A stretch of DNA of 64,000 nt from Azolla caroliniana (taxonomy: Eukaryota > Plantae > Polypodiophyta). The notes beneath the pieces were generated by a model, which saw only the letters and a list, made by a program, of their open reading frames with translations, was not told the origin of the DNA and ran no database searches. Positions 40,986 through 54,346 of the stretch are shown here, in pieces; positions within the stretch are counted from its first letter, which is position 1; the number at the start of each line of letters is the position of its first letter. The position numbers and the translations under genes were made by a program. The stretch covers positions 4,030,001 to 4,094,000 of the forward strand of contig JBHGNT010000021.1 of NCBI GenBank assembly GCA_043228905.1. The letters are read 5' to 3'.

Positions 40986-43900
40986 TGTTGAGAGACAAGC
41001 TCAACATCGGCCGGATCGACTAAAGAAGCCGAGGACCGGATCGGTTGGGACCGATCGGTTAGGCCGAGTACATAAACCGGGAGGTCGTTAGGAAAGATAT
41101 TCCGTGAGGAATATATTTGGGAGTTAGTGTAGGGGCTCTTGAAGAGCATTGAAGTACTGTCAGTACTTCGGTCAGTCCTTCCAGGACTTGTATAAAAGTG
41201 CTCACTGAGCACGTCTTATGTACAGACTTGAGTATCATTATTGAATATAGTTTTTTGTGTCTACTCACTCTGTCTCTCCCGCGTATACCGTGTAAGCCCA
41301 AGCTCTCCATTGAACCTGAGTTTCCTTCCTCTGTTCTGTCTTCATACTTGCTTCCGCACGCTACTTTTTCATGGTATCAGAGCGCGAGGGTTGAGAACCT
41401 CTCTGCAACCGACACAGCTTGACGAAGAAGAACAAGAAGAACGATGGATAGAGGCATGGCGAGCTCACTTCCAACAGAGAAGCTCGATAGAACCAACTAC
41501 GCGTCTTGGTCCTACAAGATGCACCAGTACCTGCTCGGGCACGGCTACTGGAGTTATGTCGAAGGAGCTAATGATGCGGCACCCGAATCGACACACAGAG
41601 ACTTCCCGTCGTGGGAGCAATCGGCGAGCAGGGTACTATACTGCTTCGCGTCGTGTGTGGGCGAACAACTATTGAGCTATGTTTGGGATGCAAAGACACC
41701 AAAGGGTGCGTGGGAAAATCTGAAGAAGATTTTCGCCGCGAACACCACAGCCAGGAAGCTTCAGCTCCGACAAGAGTTGAGCAACCTACGACAACACGAC
41801 TTGTCGGTGGCGGACTATACCTCGAAGATTAAGGATATCTGCGACTCCCTCGCCTCCATAGAGGTGAAGATCGAGGAGAGCGAGATGGTCCAGATCTGTC
41901 TCAGAGGTTTAGCGTTGAAGTTCGGAGCGTTCCGAACGGCTACGTGTACCCGGGAGAATACGTCGTCCTTTTTTGACTTACAGTCAATGCTCCTGGTAGA
42001 GGAGAACCACGCGGGTGCGTCTACAAGCATACACACCGACAACAGAATGTTGTACACAGAGGGAGATAGGCCCCGTGGACGTGGAGGACGAGGCGAGTTG
42101 GCGCGCAATGGAGGCGGCCGACGAGATCAAGGAAGATGGCACCGAAGTGATGCCGACAGCAACTCCGGACCCTCCGGAAACAGGGGGAGTCGAAGCGATG
42201 AGAACTGGCAAGGGAAGTCCATCGCGGTGTGTTGGTACTGTGGCAAGAAAGGCCACAAGGAAAGTGAGTGCTGGAAGAAGCGCGCCGATTTGGAGAGAAA
42301 TGGCTCCAGAAATACCGACAAGGGAAATCAGCAGCAATCGCACTACGCCGAAGACTCCGGGAGAGCCGGAGAAGGGTCTGCCTTCGTGACGAGACACGAA
42401 GCAAACTCAATGAAACAGAGCACCCCGAGATCGGACGAGGTGTGGTACGTAGACTCCGGCGCGTCAAACCACACGACGAGCCATAAGGAGTGGTTCTCGT
42501 ACCTTGAAAAACCGATACAACCGGGAGTAGTCGCAACAGGAGACGACACTCCACATCTGATCGCGAAAGTCGGAGAAGTTCCCCTTAGCCATGTCGGGCA
42601 GAAAGGGAAACTCAAGAACGTGTTGCACGTTTCGACAATCATGAAGAACTTGGTCTCGGTCGGACAGATCGTCGACCAAGGGATGGAGGTTCGGTTTACA
42701 CACCTCGGGTGCTTCATTGAGGAAGAAGGCTGTGTGATTGCGCAAGGGCGCAGAGACAGGAGGATGTTCATCCTCGACTCCACTGACGGCGGCACCGCAA
42801 TGTTCGCGAAGGGACAAAAGACCGAGTCGGACATCGACTTGTGGCACAAGCGGATAGGCCATGTCAACTACCAGCGGCTTCAAGATCTGCAAACGAAACA
42901 GGTAGTGTTCGGTTTGCCCAAATTTAGTGGCCGAAAGGCACAAATTTGTGAAGCCTGCCAGCTCGGGAAGCAACACCGACTTCCCTTCCCCAACGAGCGA
43001 AACCGGAGCCGGAACAAGCTCGACCTTATACACTCCGATGTATGGGGGCCGACACAAAACGTTAGTCTTGGTGGGAGCCGATATTTCGTCTCCTTCATCG
43101 ATGACCACACGCGGCACACGCGGATCTACCTCATTGAGAGGAAGAGCGAAGTCTTCGACTGTTTCCAGGACCTCAAAGGGTTCGTGGAAGCCGAAATGGG
43201 ACGAAAGATCAAGTGCCTGCGGTCGGATGGCGGAAAAGAGTACTTTTCGGTCAATTCAACGGTTACCTACAACAAATGGGAATTCGCCGCGAATTCAATT
43301 GTAGATACACGCCAAAGTAGAACGGTATGGCCGAGAGGAAGAATCGGTTAGTTGTGGAAGCGGCACGGGCAATGCTGGAGGAGAAGAGCTTGCCCAAGTT
43401 CTACTGGGCTGAGGCGGTAAGGACCGCGGTATACATCTAGAACCGGATCGGAGACAAAGTGTCAGCGCACGAGCTATATTTCAGAACGAAGCCGAACTTG
43501 CGACACTTGAGGGTGTTCGGTAGCATTGCGTATGTGCATGTACCGAAGGAGAAAAGGAGGAAGCTGGATGCAAAGGCCGAGAAGTGTATCTTGGTCGGTT
43601 ACTCGGACGAGCAGAAGGGTTATAAGTGCCATAATCCTCGCACCAAACAAGCGCGTGTCAGCCGCGACGTTGTGTTTGACGAGTCCGCGTCCTGGTACCT
43701 GCCCCCGACTCGGAACCTCGACTCCAATACGAGTTCTGACGATGAGGTCAGCGAGGCTAAGATGCCTCCGGATGAGCCAGAAATCGAGACCCGCGAAGAG
43801 AGTCCGATTTCACTCCGGTTAAGTGGACCAATTGGACGACTGAGTCGGTACGACCAGTTCGATGAATAGCCGGCGAGTAGTGGAGACTCGGCCGTGCATT

Positions 43901-46643
43901 CCCCGCACAGGAAGCCGAGGAGACAGCTTACGCGCAAAGAGAAAGGGAAGAAGAAGGTGTCGGATTCCGGCACGGAAAGAAACGAGTCAGACCGACGCGA
44001 GTCCGACTCTGAGGGAACCGGTGACAGGTCTTTAAAGGTGAAGACCGCGTCGACCGAGAAGGCCTCGACATCGGCTAATGTGAGATTACACCGATCTACC
44101 CGCCAGAAGAACCCAGTTGTGCGGTTCGGATACAACGAGTACATGGCGCATCACTATGCGTACATGACCCGTGTAGCGAAAGTGTGTGAGCCGGAGAGCT
44201 ACGCAGACGCGGCAAAAGACGCAAATTGGCGTGCCGTGATGAAGGAAGAGATGCACGCATTGGCGGAGAATGAGACCTGGGACTTGGTTGACGCACCGAA
44301 GGGTGTGAAGCCAATCGGGTGTAGATGGGTGTACAAAGTCAAGTACAACACCGATGGCTCGGTCAACCGGTACAAGGCTCGGCTAGTGGCAAAGGGCTAC
44401 GCGCAGAAACACGGCATCGACTACGATGAGACGTTTGCGCCGGTCGCGAAAATGACGACCATTCGTGTTTTGCTCGCAGTAGCTGCGGCCAAGGGGTGGC
44501 ACTTACATAAGATGGATGTAAAGAATGCGTTCCTGCAAGGTGACCTTGAGGAACAGGTGTACATGGTACATCCCCCCGGATTTCACTCTGGAACGAACTC
44601 CTCGGCAGTATGCCGACTGAAGAAGTCCCTTTACGGACTAAAGCAAGCCCCACGTGCCTGGAACGCGAAGATCACGCAACAACTGCGTCGGATGGGCTTC
44701 GTCACGTCAAAATCGGACTCTTCCCTGTTCATTTGGAAAGGTCGACTCGGACCGGTTAGTATTTTACTGTATGTTGATGACTTGGTCTTCACCGGCGCCG
44801 ACCTAGGTGAAATCGACCGTTTGAAGCTCCAGCTTGCGGCATCGTTCGACATGAAGGATCTGGGGGACCTTCATTACTTCCTCGGGATCGAAGTGATCCG
44901 TACCCCCGAAGGCATATTGATTAGTCAACGTCACTACGTGCTGAGTATGCTCTTCAAATTCGGGATGGCCGACTATAAGTCCATCTCGACTCCTCTGGAC
45001 AGAACCGTCAAGCTTCGTCCCGATACGGGAAAGGTATGCGACCCGACGAGGTTCCGACAAATTGTCGGAAGACTCATATACTTGACCATCACCCAACCCG
45101 ACCTCAGTTATCCAGTCGGAGTGATCAGTCAGTTCATGACGCGACCTACCGAGGAGCACCTTCAGTGTGCGCAACGCGTACTGCGGCACGTAAGTGGCAC
45201 TAACGACCGAGGACTGCTATATCGGACCGGTGCAGCTGCGCAGTTAGTTGGCTACACCGATGCTGATTGGGCTGGTAATGCCGCTGATCGCCGATCCACG
45301 TCTGGATACGCGTTCTCCCTTGGGAGTGCCGCGATCGCATGGAGCAGTAAGAAGCAGCCGACAGTTGCACTGTCGAGCACCGAAGCTGAGTACCGAGGAG
45401 CGGCTGTCGCAACATGCGAAACCATATGGTTGAAGCGGCTACTTAAGGACCTACAAGAGGAGGTGTTAGATCCGACAATGATCTACTACGACAACCTCAG
45501 CAGCATCCAACTCGCGAAGAACCCCATCTTCCACGCACGGACCAAGCACATTGAGGTGCACTACCACTTCGTCCGTGAGCGTGTCCTTTCCGGTGAAGTC
45601 GAACTTCAGTACGTTCCGACGGATCGGCATGCTGCCGACATCTTCACCAAGCCTCTTGGTCTGGACAAGTTGCGGCAATTCTCAGGTGCGCTCGGGTTGC
45701 GTCACCTCGACGTGCCGAACTTGAGGGGGAGAACAGTCCCGAATGACCAAGCAAGGCAGCAGGAAAGGAGCGGTGACCATGACACCGAGTCGGTTGACTC
45801 GTTTGTTGACTCGGTTGAAGAAGGATCGGCTGAAGAAGCCGAGGGCGGACCCGCGGAAAAGTTCGGAAGAGGACAAAAGGGGAGCAGCCGAAGGAGAGAG
45901 CCGAAGCCAACCACGCATGGGGGAGATGACGCCATCGAGGGCGAGAAGACCGAAGACGAGTTGGAGACAGCCAACTTGGACGAGAGCGAAGACCGATCGG
46001 AGGAAGCCGAGTCGGTTCGGATGTTTGATTCGGACACGCTGAATCAACCGAGGCCCAAGCGGAAGAAAAGGCAGCAAGAGAAGCGTCAACACCGCAATAG
46101 CAGAAGAGCTGATAAGGGCCGCATGAGCAGACAAGCCGACCGGAAGGGTCGAAGCGCGCGGAGTCGAGCAGGTCGAGGAGTGCGAGCGAGGCGAGAAGCC
46201 AGGAGGAACCGGTGTTGTGAAGATCCCGAAGAGCCTCAAGTTGAGCTTGAGGGGGAGTGTTGAGAGACAAGCTCAACATCGGTCGGATCGGCTGAAGAAG
46301 CCGAGGACCGGATCGGTTGGGACCGATCGGTTAGGCCGAGTACATAAACCGGGAGGTCGTTAGGAAAGATATTCCGTGAGGAATATATTTGGGAGTTAGT
46401 GTAGGGGCTCTTGATGAGCATTGAAGTACTGTCAGTACTTCGGTCAGTCCTTCCAGGACTTGTATAAAAGTGCTCACTGAGCACGTCTTATGTACAGACT
46501 TGAGTATCATTATTGAATATAGTTTTTTGTGTCTACTCACTCTGTCTCTCCCGCATATACCGTGTAAGCCCAAGCTCTCCATTGAACCCGAGTTTCCTTC
46601 CTCTGTTCTATCTTCATACTTGCTTCCGCACGCTACTTTTTCA
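40986..46643 (+). mobile_element. Full-length Ty1/copia (copia C) nested in copia B
   Basis: 386-bp LTRs 40986-41371 and 46258-46643 with about 7 differences by eye. PBS TGGTATCAGAGC. PPT TTGAGGGGGAG. TSD ACCTG/ACCCG. Confidence 0.96.
41444..46263 (+). pseudogene. Copia C gag-pol, disrupted, with a long C-terminal extension after RNase H
   Basis: Gag, CWYCGKKGHKESEC, WYVDSGASNH, integrase, RT (YVDDL) and RNase H motifs. 1-nt frameshift near 43250. TAG stops near 43318, 43438 and 43867. Confidence 0.92.
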
Positions 46644-47397
46644 ACCCGCATTCGATCGAGCTATTTTGATGGCTCGGTCCGACAGGATGGCTCCCCCTTC
46701 TACCGAACTCCCTAGGAGTGTTTTTGGCCTCTTGCCAATTATGGGAATCAGGTTCTGTTTCTTCGGCCGAATCCTCTTCCATCATCCGACTAGGAATAGA
46801 GCATCTAACCATCAAGTGCATCGCTCCTTTGTCGGGCATGATTTTCTTCAACCAGTAGTATCGATTGAAGGTTGAAAAACGAGGGAGGATTCTCCCTTTT
46901 AAGAATGCACGATCTAATGGCGTTGAATCGTGGTGCTAGGCCGTTGAGGCATATTTGCACTAGTTCATTATCATTGATGATGACATTGATCGATCGAAGG
47001 GCATCACACAGTTCCTTGATCTTCAAGGTATAGTTGGTGATTGACAAGTCCCTCTATGGCATATTGTTTTAACTCCTATTTGAGTGGGAGTTTTCGTGTA
47101 GTCGTATTGGCTGCAGAAATCTTCTTGATATTGCCCCAAGCTTCTTTTGGCGTTTTTGCCTCTCGAATATAGTCGTGAAGATTTCCGGCTACGGTGAGAA
47201 AACCGGATGGAATGGGCAAAGTCGTCGATGTACGACAAGTGCACGTGTACATTAGGAAATGTATATAAAATAATAGGGGCTATTTATCCCACATTGTAAC
47301 ATCCTTCCTTCCTTGGACTATAAAACGAAGGGAGGGTCTCTCGTAAAGGGTTGCCCATTTTTGAGTTAGGAGGGTATACTGTTAGATCTAAGGTATG

Positions 47398-48640
47398 TGT
47401 TGAGAATCAAGCTCAACATAGTGACGGGAACTAAAACGCTCCCTATACGCAACAGTCGGCCACAACCGAGCTTAGAATCATACACAGAATACGGGAAATG
47501 AATGCACGACACGAAGAAGAGAAGAGTACACAGGATGTTTACGTGGAAAACCCAAACCAAGGGAAAAAACCACGGCAGCCCACGGGCTGCAAACTATCAC
47601 TATGTTAGAATGTACATTAGTGAGTTCATGGAGGCAACGACCTCGTGCTCACGATCTTCGCCACAGGCGGCGGTTACAACAGAGGCAACGACCTCTTCCT
47701 CTCTCTCACTCACATTGTACACAGTTACGCGCAAGAACAACAACAATACTCTACATACACAATAAGTTTGCCCTAAGTCATATTTATACTAATATGACTT
47801 TTCGGCTATTTACAAATATAGCCTCGATGGACTCTCAGAAACATATTTACGAATATGTCTCTTCATCCGGTGAGCACTCCTCACCGGGCCTGCATCATCC
47901 GGCGCTTGCCGGGTACTAGCCATCCGGCTCTCCGTAGCCGGGTTCTCCTCATCCGGTTCTCACCGGGTCTGCACCATCCGGCTCTCCGTAGCCAGGTACT
48001 CCTCATCCGGTTCTCACCGGGTCTGCACCATCCGGCTCTTCGTAGCCAGGTACTCGTCATCCGGTTCTCACTGGGTCTGCACCATCTGGCTCTCTGTAGC
48101 CAAGTACTCCTCATCCGGTTTCCGCCTCGGCCTATCGGCCTCGGCCGAGTTTGCTCATTAGCACTGTTCTTCTCTCTTCCCATCCGGAGGGACATGTCTC
48201 CCAACACATAGCACAACGTGTGAACACACCTTTTGAGAATCTATGATTACTCAAAGGTCAAGAGTCACACCACTACTCTCTACACATTAACTATGATTCT
48301 ATGACACATAACTAATAAGTTACATATTCCCCATGACTATGAATCTTCACATTTCCCAAGAGAGAGAGTGGTTGTTGTAAAGTTAATGAAGAGAGAGGGT
48401 GACTCTATATAAAGCACCCTCCTCATACTTCATACTAAGTCAGTTGTGACTCCTTGTTATGCTACATTTTGTAAATCTCCTTCTACTTGTGCAATATACA
48501 CCTTCTTCTTGAGTATTCTATTTCTCTCTCATTTATCTATCTTGAGCTCTCTTTTCTCTCCTCTCTTTTTCTCTCACACGTATATACGCACATAACGCAC
48601 ATCTATTCCGCTGCACAAGAATCACCATCGATTCTTTTTA
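47398..48640 (+). mobile_element. Solo LTR related to the copia A LTR, inserted in the 47172 LTR
   Basis: Starts TGTTGAGAATCAAGCTCAAC. Shares GGTCAAGAGTCAC, GATTCTATGACACATAAC and GAGAGAGGGTGACT blocks with the copia A LTR. TSD GTATG at 47393-47397 and 48641-48645. Confidence 0.88.
47422..48206 (-). mobile_element. Solo LTR (about 785 bp) with internal 54-bp tandem repeats, nested in the previous solo LTR
   Basis: TGACGGGA...TCCCAACA termini. TSD CATAG at 47417-47421 and 48207-48211. Repeat TCACCGGGTCTGCACCATCCGGCTCTCCGTAGCCAGGTACTCCTCATCCGGTTC, about 4 copies at 47880-48120. Strand is inferred. Confidence 0.82.
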
Positions 48641-51600
48641 GTATGGTAGTTTTTCTCTTCTTCTTACTTTCTTATTTTCCTTAGGGTTTCGTTTAGGTCT
48701 TCTTCTTCGTCTTGTAGGGTTTCGGTTCTTTGTGTGATCTTTCTTTCTGAGTGGAGGTTTAGGGTTCCCAGTCTTTAGTGGGTTTCGAGTTTTGTTAGTT
48801 CCCCACTTTGGGTTTAGTTTGGTGCAGGGCTCATATGCTTTGAGGGTTTCTGTTTGCATCTCTGTCTCTTGTGCAAGACTCCACTCTTGTAGGCGAGCCC
48901 GAGCGCTCCTTGATTGGTGGCTTGGCGGTAGACAACTGTTGTGCTTCGGTAAGAAGGCTCGTCTCAGCGCTAGGTTTCCACTCGCGTAGGCGAACCCTAT
49001 TGCTCCCCGACTGGAGCTTGCTTGTGGATGACCGTTGTATATGTTCAATATTGAACTGGCTTGAAACCAACATTGTAACTTGTGTCCCTTGTAAATATAT
49101 ATGAGAAACCTTCGGTGTGCATATGTTTGTGTCGGTGTCTTTGGGTTTTGTCCTATCCAGATGCGCTTGTGATGTGTGTGTGTTGAGTCGTTCAGTGTCG
49201 CGGCGTGTCTCATCTTTCGGTCCAGAGACTCGTTGTCTTGTATATAAGAGGGTGCAAGGAGCCGGTGTGCGTGTGTGTGCTCTCCCTCTCTTCAATCCGG
49301 TTGCTTCCGGAATGAATCTAGACCCATCCTGTCGCATCCGGATCTGTCTGGTTCGGTTGCTTCTGGCTTGCATTAGGAATCGTCCCGGTTGGTGCCATAT
49401 CCGGTGTAACTGGCCCCAAAGAAAGCGGCCTTCTGGCAACCATTTCTCCCCAGTCCATGACCCCGATGGTCATGCCCAATCCGAGACACGCGCATGGATT
49501 TTCGCGACATCTTTGGTGAACCCAACGTGAAAGGGTGGCAAGGGAGGATGCAATTGGAAGATGAAGACTTCGAAGAGATGGTGGCGGAAGTGGTGATGGA
49601 GTTCGGAGGAGTGACGATGAGACGAGAGGCAGTGCAACAAGCGGTTAGGTGTGTGGTTGAAAGAGTCGATCGTTTCAACGGAGACAAAGTCCCATCCTAC
49701 TTGGAAGTCTACAACGCGAAAATGGAGGCACGAGGTATAGACGAGGCGTTGAGGCTGGAGTTCTTTTGTCGGGTTGCAGCAGACCGGAAGCACGTAGAAG
49801 TAAAGGGGCTCCGAGAAGCTCATTGTTCGTGGGAGGCCTTCGAAGAGGCGCTCCCGCAGGCATACAGAGGGCGACCAAAGAGTCAGGGATGACGCAACTT
49901 CGACTAGTCTCGAGCGACACTTACCTCGGCTCTTGGAGCGGCAACAAAGACTGGTGGGGGTGGATAAGGTCTTGTTGTTCGTGAAGTCGATCGACCAGAA
50001 GGAGTGGATGGCCTTCGTGATTGAGCTCGAAGACAATGGAAGAGCAAATGGCCTTACCGAGGACTGGTCAAAAGTCGATCGGGTATGCTGAAGGATGGAT
50101 AAGGAGCGGCCCGCGAAAGGTAAAGGGAAGATGACGTGCAACGACACGTTGTCGCTCCAGGGAGCGGGCGTGCAGCGAGACGGAGCAGAGAAGCTCGATG
50201 TTGAGACCCAGGTCTAGGAAGCGCACGAGGCTCTAAAGGCGATGATCGAGGAAGAAGAGAGATATGGCAAGCGGTTGGATTTTGGAGGTTTAGAGCTAGT
50301 CAGCCTTCCGGACAAGACAGATGGGGCCTATGTGGAGGCCGGGCGACGGTACAATGGTAGCACAGGAGAGGGTGTGGACCAAGACGACCTCCCAACTTGC
50401 GAAGAAAGATCGACCGAGGATAAGGTCGGATTCGGAGAGGTGATGATTGCAAGTTCAAAAGGAGATTGAAAGTTTTGGGCGCAGCTGCCCAAAACTCCAG
50501 AGATTGGAGGAGCAAGCCCAGGCGACGCTTGCGTGATCGAAGAAGAGATAGCTACCGACAACACCATCGATGAGTCGACGGCTATGGACGAGTCGTCGGA
50601 AGGCCAAGTCACGAGATCGTTCTGCACACTGAATCCGGAGACTTCGGCAGTCGGGCCCAAGAATCGACGTGAGACCGGAGAGATGGAGGGTGTCTATGTT
50701 GGTGTCTTTGGGTTTCGTCCTGTCCGGATGCGCTTGTGATGTGTGTGTGTTGAGTCATTCTTTTGGTCTGGAGACTCGTTGTCTTGTATATAAGAGGGTG
50801 CGAGGAGCTAGTGTGCGTGCGTGTGCTCTCCCTCTCTTCAATCCGGTTGCTTCCAGAATGAATCCGGACCCATCTTGTTGCATCCGGATCTGTCTAGTTC
50901 GGTTGCTTTTGGCTTGCATCAAGAATCGTCCCGGTTGGTGCCATAGCCGGTGTAACTGTCCCCAAAGAAAGCGGCCTTTCGGCAACCATTTCTCCCCGGT
51001 CTGTGACCCCGGTGGTCTCGCACGATCCGACACACGCAGGCGGATTTCCGCAACAACGTTACATTAGAATAACTCATCAATGAATTGTAGGTTGATTAAT
51101 GGGTTGTTAATGTGGTTTTAGTTGGTATAAATCTAGTTAATTTTGTTTGTTAGTCGATTGACAACAACCCATACAGTCATGAGTTCTTTGTGTTTATTGC
51201 AGGCTAACAATAGAATCCATATATATACTTTCCCATTCATGATTAGGAACATCTAGTGGACGCAAAAGATTTTCCCTTTTTAAGTCGCTCAAACTTATTC
51301 ACCTAACATTGCAAACATCTAATTGCAATGTTAGTTGGTATAAATCTAATCGCAAGGTTCATGATCAACAACAACCCATAGAGAGTCATGACCTCTTTGT
51401 GTTCTTTAGTAGATATACGTTCCCATTCATTATTAAGAACGTCTAGTGAATGCAAGATCCACCCCATTAAGTCTCTCAAACTTATTCACCTAACATTGCA
51501 AACATTTGATTGCATAAATTTGCATATCATGGTGTAATTTAGGCTAGGAACATTTTGTAGAGATTAGGATGAGCCCTTGATCCGTTGCAAGGTGCCTAGT

Positions 51601-54346
51601 TGAGGATGTACCATGACATTAAAAAGAACTTTCCTTTTTAGCTTAGGGAGGTCTAGAACATAAACCTTCCCATCATGTTATAGCTGACTATTACAAATAT
51701 AAAAGGTTAACTTCGAGATTATGGTGATTTTAAAGGCATCTTTACCAAATTCAACTCTCATCTAGTATCTTTTGAATAAATTATTGTCAAGGTATTTCCC
51801 TCAAACTTGATAAAACAAATTAGATTTTAATTCTTGAAGTTAAGCATGTTAACTTCATGAATATGAGTAAAAGCATCAACAAGTATGTTCATTGAATCTT
51901 TGCCATAACAAATGGGTCTTGGATGAGATTTCTCATCTATCTTTACAACAACCAATATCACATTGATCATAAAAATAAATACTAGTGATATGTGGTGATC
52001 ACACAACAATTTCATTGAACCTTTGCGATAACAAATGGAAAAATCGAGGTCCTGGATGATCGAATAACACAAATACCTTATTTTTCGACTTTTGGTTTCA
52101 TTCAAGTTGAGCATTTATTTTGTAAACATTGACAATAATAATAATAATAATAAATAAGGCTTGATGACAAACTAACAAAATGTATGTAGTCAACCTTTGT
52201 GCATGAGCAACGATAACATTTACTAAATCATCAATACGTATATTGTTGGATCTTACTTTTGAAGAGTCACCATAGGAGAGTGATAGATCTCATATTCACT
52301 TCTCAACAAGTACTTTGTTTGCATGCCCCATTCACTTGTGCCATTGTGGTCTACACTTCTCTAGTTGTATGTTTGGCATCAACACATTGGTAGGGCTATT
52401 AATTATATACCTATATTTTCACAATGTCTGTCTTGTGTTAAAGCCAAACTTATGACCTCCTATTCTCAATTACATAACATGTGTACTCAAGTTAGTGATT
52501 TTAATTGGAGTTTCACAAGTTTCTCCCTAACTTTACATGGTGTTGATTATATTTCTGATTGTATAGGTTTTTGTGATGAAATCCATCAATGATTTTAATC
52601 GGAGTTTCACAAGTTTCTCGCTAACTATACATGGTGTTGACTATATTTTCGATTTTAGAGGTTTTTGTGATGAAATCCAAACATAAAAGTACACTTCAAA
52701 AGAGTGACATTTTGCAAACTAACAAATTGATCATATTTCTTTGGGTTTGCTACACGAATGCACAATAAGAAAGTTATGTGATAGGATTATTTAGTCTTCT
52801 TGCACAACAATTGCTTGCTTACCAAGAAATAGTCACCAACTCATGGTGGTTGGGATCTGTTCTCAACCATATTCTGACTAAGTGATGTGTCTTGATGCTC
52901 CTAACATGATTGCTTATATCATCTCTCCAAAGGTGGTGATGCCCCAAACATGAATGCTTCTGTATGTCCAAAATTTTATCGATAATGTATACTGTCAAAT
53001 CCCACGAAGAGTTAGCGACACTAAATAAAATCCTAACATCTAGTTTCCCATACCATAGAAACAGAATAGTGAAGCTAAGAATGTAATCAACTAGTAATGA
53101 GTTGTCTCCAACGTGGCAACAATTAAGAACATATTTGCTAATCAAGTGCATGTTGCTCATAATTTGTTTGTATTTGTTCCCACAATATATTACTCCAAAA
53201 GCTTGCTCAATGGTTGAACAGCTCTACAAAAGCTCCATTCTACAGCAAAATATATTGCTAAATTTCTGTAAATGGAAATTCAAATTTCATACAAATATTA
53301 TCTTGATCTGTTTACAATATCAATGCATGTAATGATAGATATGTCTTATATGAGAGAGCCATTAAATTCACCATGGCCTTCTGCCCACTTGACAAATTTT
53401 CCACCAAGATAATAGATGTGTAAAAGTTCTAATTCCTGAAAAATGCCTGAACTAATTTGCATTACTCATGAAAAAATAGCAAATTACAAAAACATCAATG
53501 AGCAAGATACCTGAAATCATCATTCGACAGCTGTACCTATTCACAGAAAGTCCCTCGGTACGACTAGGAGCCACCCTTGGAAGTTCAAGTGTGAATCTGC
53601 TTTTGCTTCATTTGTTTACAATATCAATGCATGTAAACGATATATGTATCTTATATGAGAGTTCATCAAATATGCCATATGACCAATTTTGTTCAATCAA
53701 CAATTTGCTCACCAGGATAATTGATGTGTAGAAGAATTCAAATTGTGAAATATGTACAACCTAATTTATAGTACATATCCTAATAACAAATCACGGAGCC
53801 ACCAATGAGCCAATTGCCCAAAACTATAATGTGCTGGCTTTATCAGTTCACAGCAAGTTTCTCGGTATCGATAGGAGCCTCCATCGTCTTCGAACTTAGC
53901 AAAAAATTACGAACCTTGAAACTTTGAGAATTAATCCACTTTTGCCAACTTTTCAAGCATGTTTGTTCGAATTTATAAGTAGGAAGTTCTACTTTTTCAG
54001 TAGCAAAATGAGAATTTTCACTGGTTTTAATACTCATGAAATTCGAGTTTAAAATGTTTTTAGCAACATTAACGGTTGCTTTAAAATGATGTCGAATAGC
54101 TGTGGCAGCATGTCATTACCCTGCCTTGACTTATTACTGATATCATTCTTTGGGTTCTTTTAGGCTTTGGTCAACATGGATGATTTTTCTTCAATACCTG
54201 CATGATTAGCCTGAAGTAAATACAGTCTCATAAAGTCTTTCACTCCTATACTCAAGTCCGGATTTCACATTGGTATTGTTACAAGTAATGAGTTGGGTTC
54301 TACTGAGGAAGTTGCCAAAAACATTATTGGCAACAATAATTCTATA

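Larger units (their letters stand above)
37690..47171 (-). mobile_element. Older degenerate Ty1/copia (copia B) with no LTRs, host of nested insertions
   Basis: Minus-strand fragments: gag (46650-47170), ECGYCGK knuckle split at 40985/46644, VWFVDSGASNH protease, integrase C-terminus (KLDPKSEKCILVGY), RT (YVDDL) and RNase H ending about 37850. Many stops and frameshifts. Left edge approximate. Confidence 0.88.
47172..51055 (+). mobile_element. Degenerate tRNA-Trp-primed gag-only LTR element
   Basis: 5' LTR 47172-49509 (interrupted) ending CGCGACA. PBS TGGTGAACCCAACGTGAA at 49513. Broken gag from 49548 (RFNGDKVPSYLEVY). Partial 3' LTR about 50696-51055 matches 49122-49509 and is followed by ACGT. 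Confidence 0.85.

Noticed and set aside
51060-53400. Decayed DNA transposase
   Set aside because: Suggestive composition only. No catalytic motif or termini identified.
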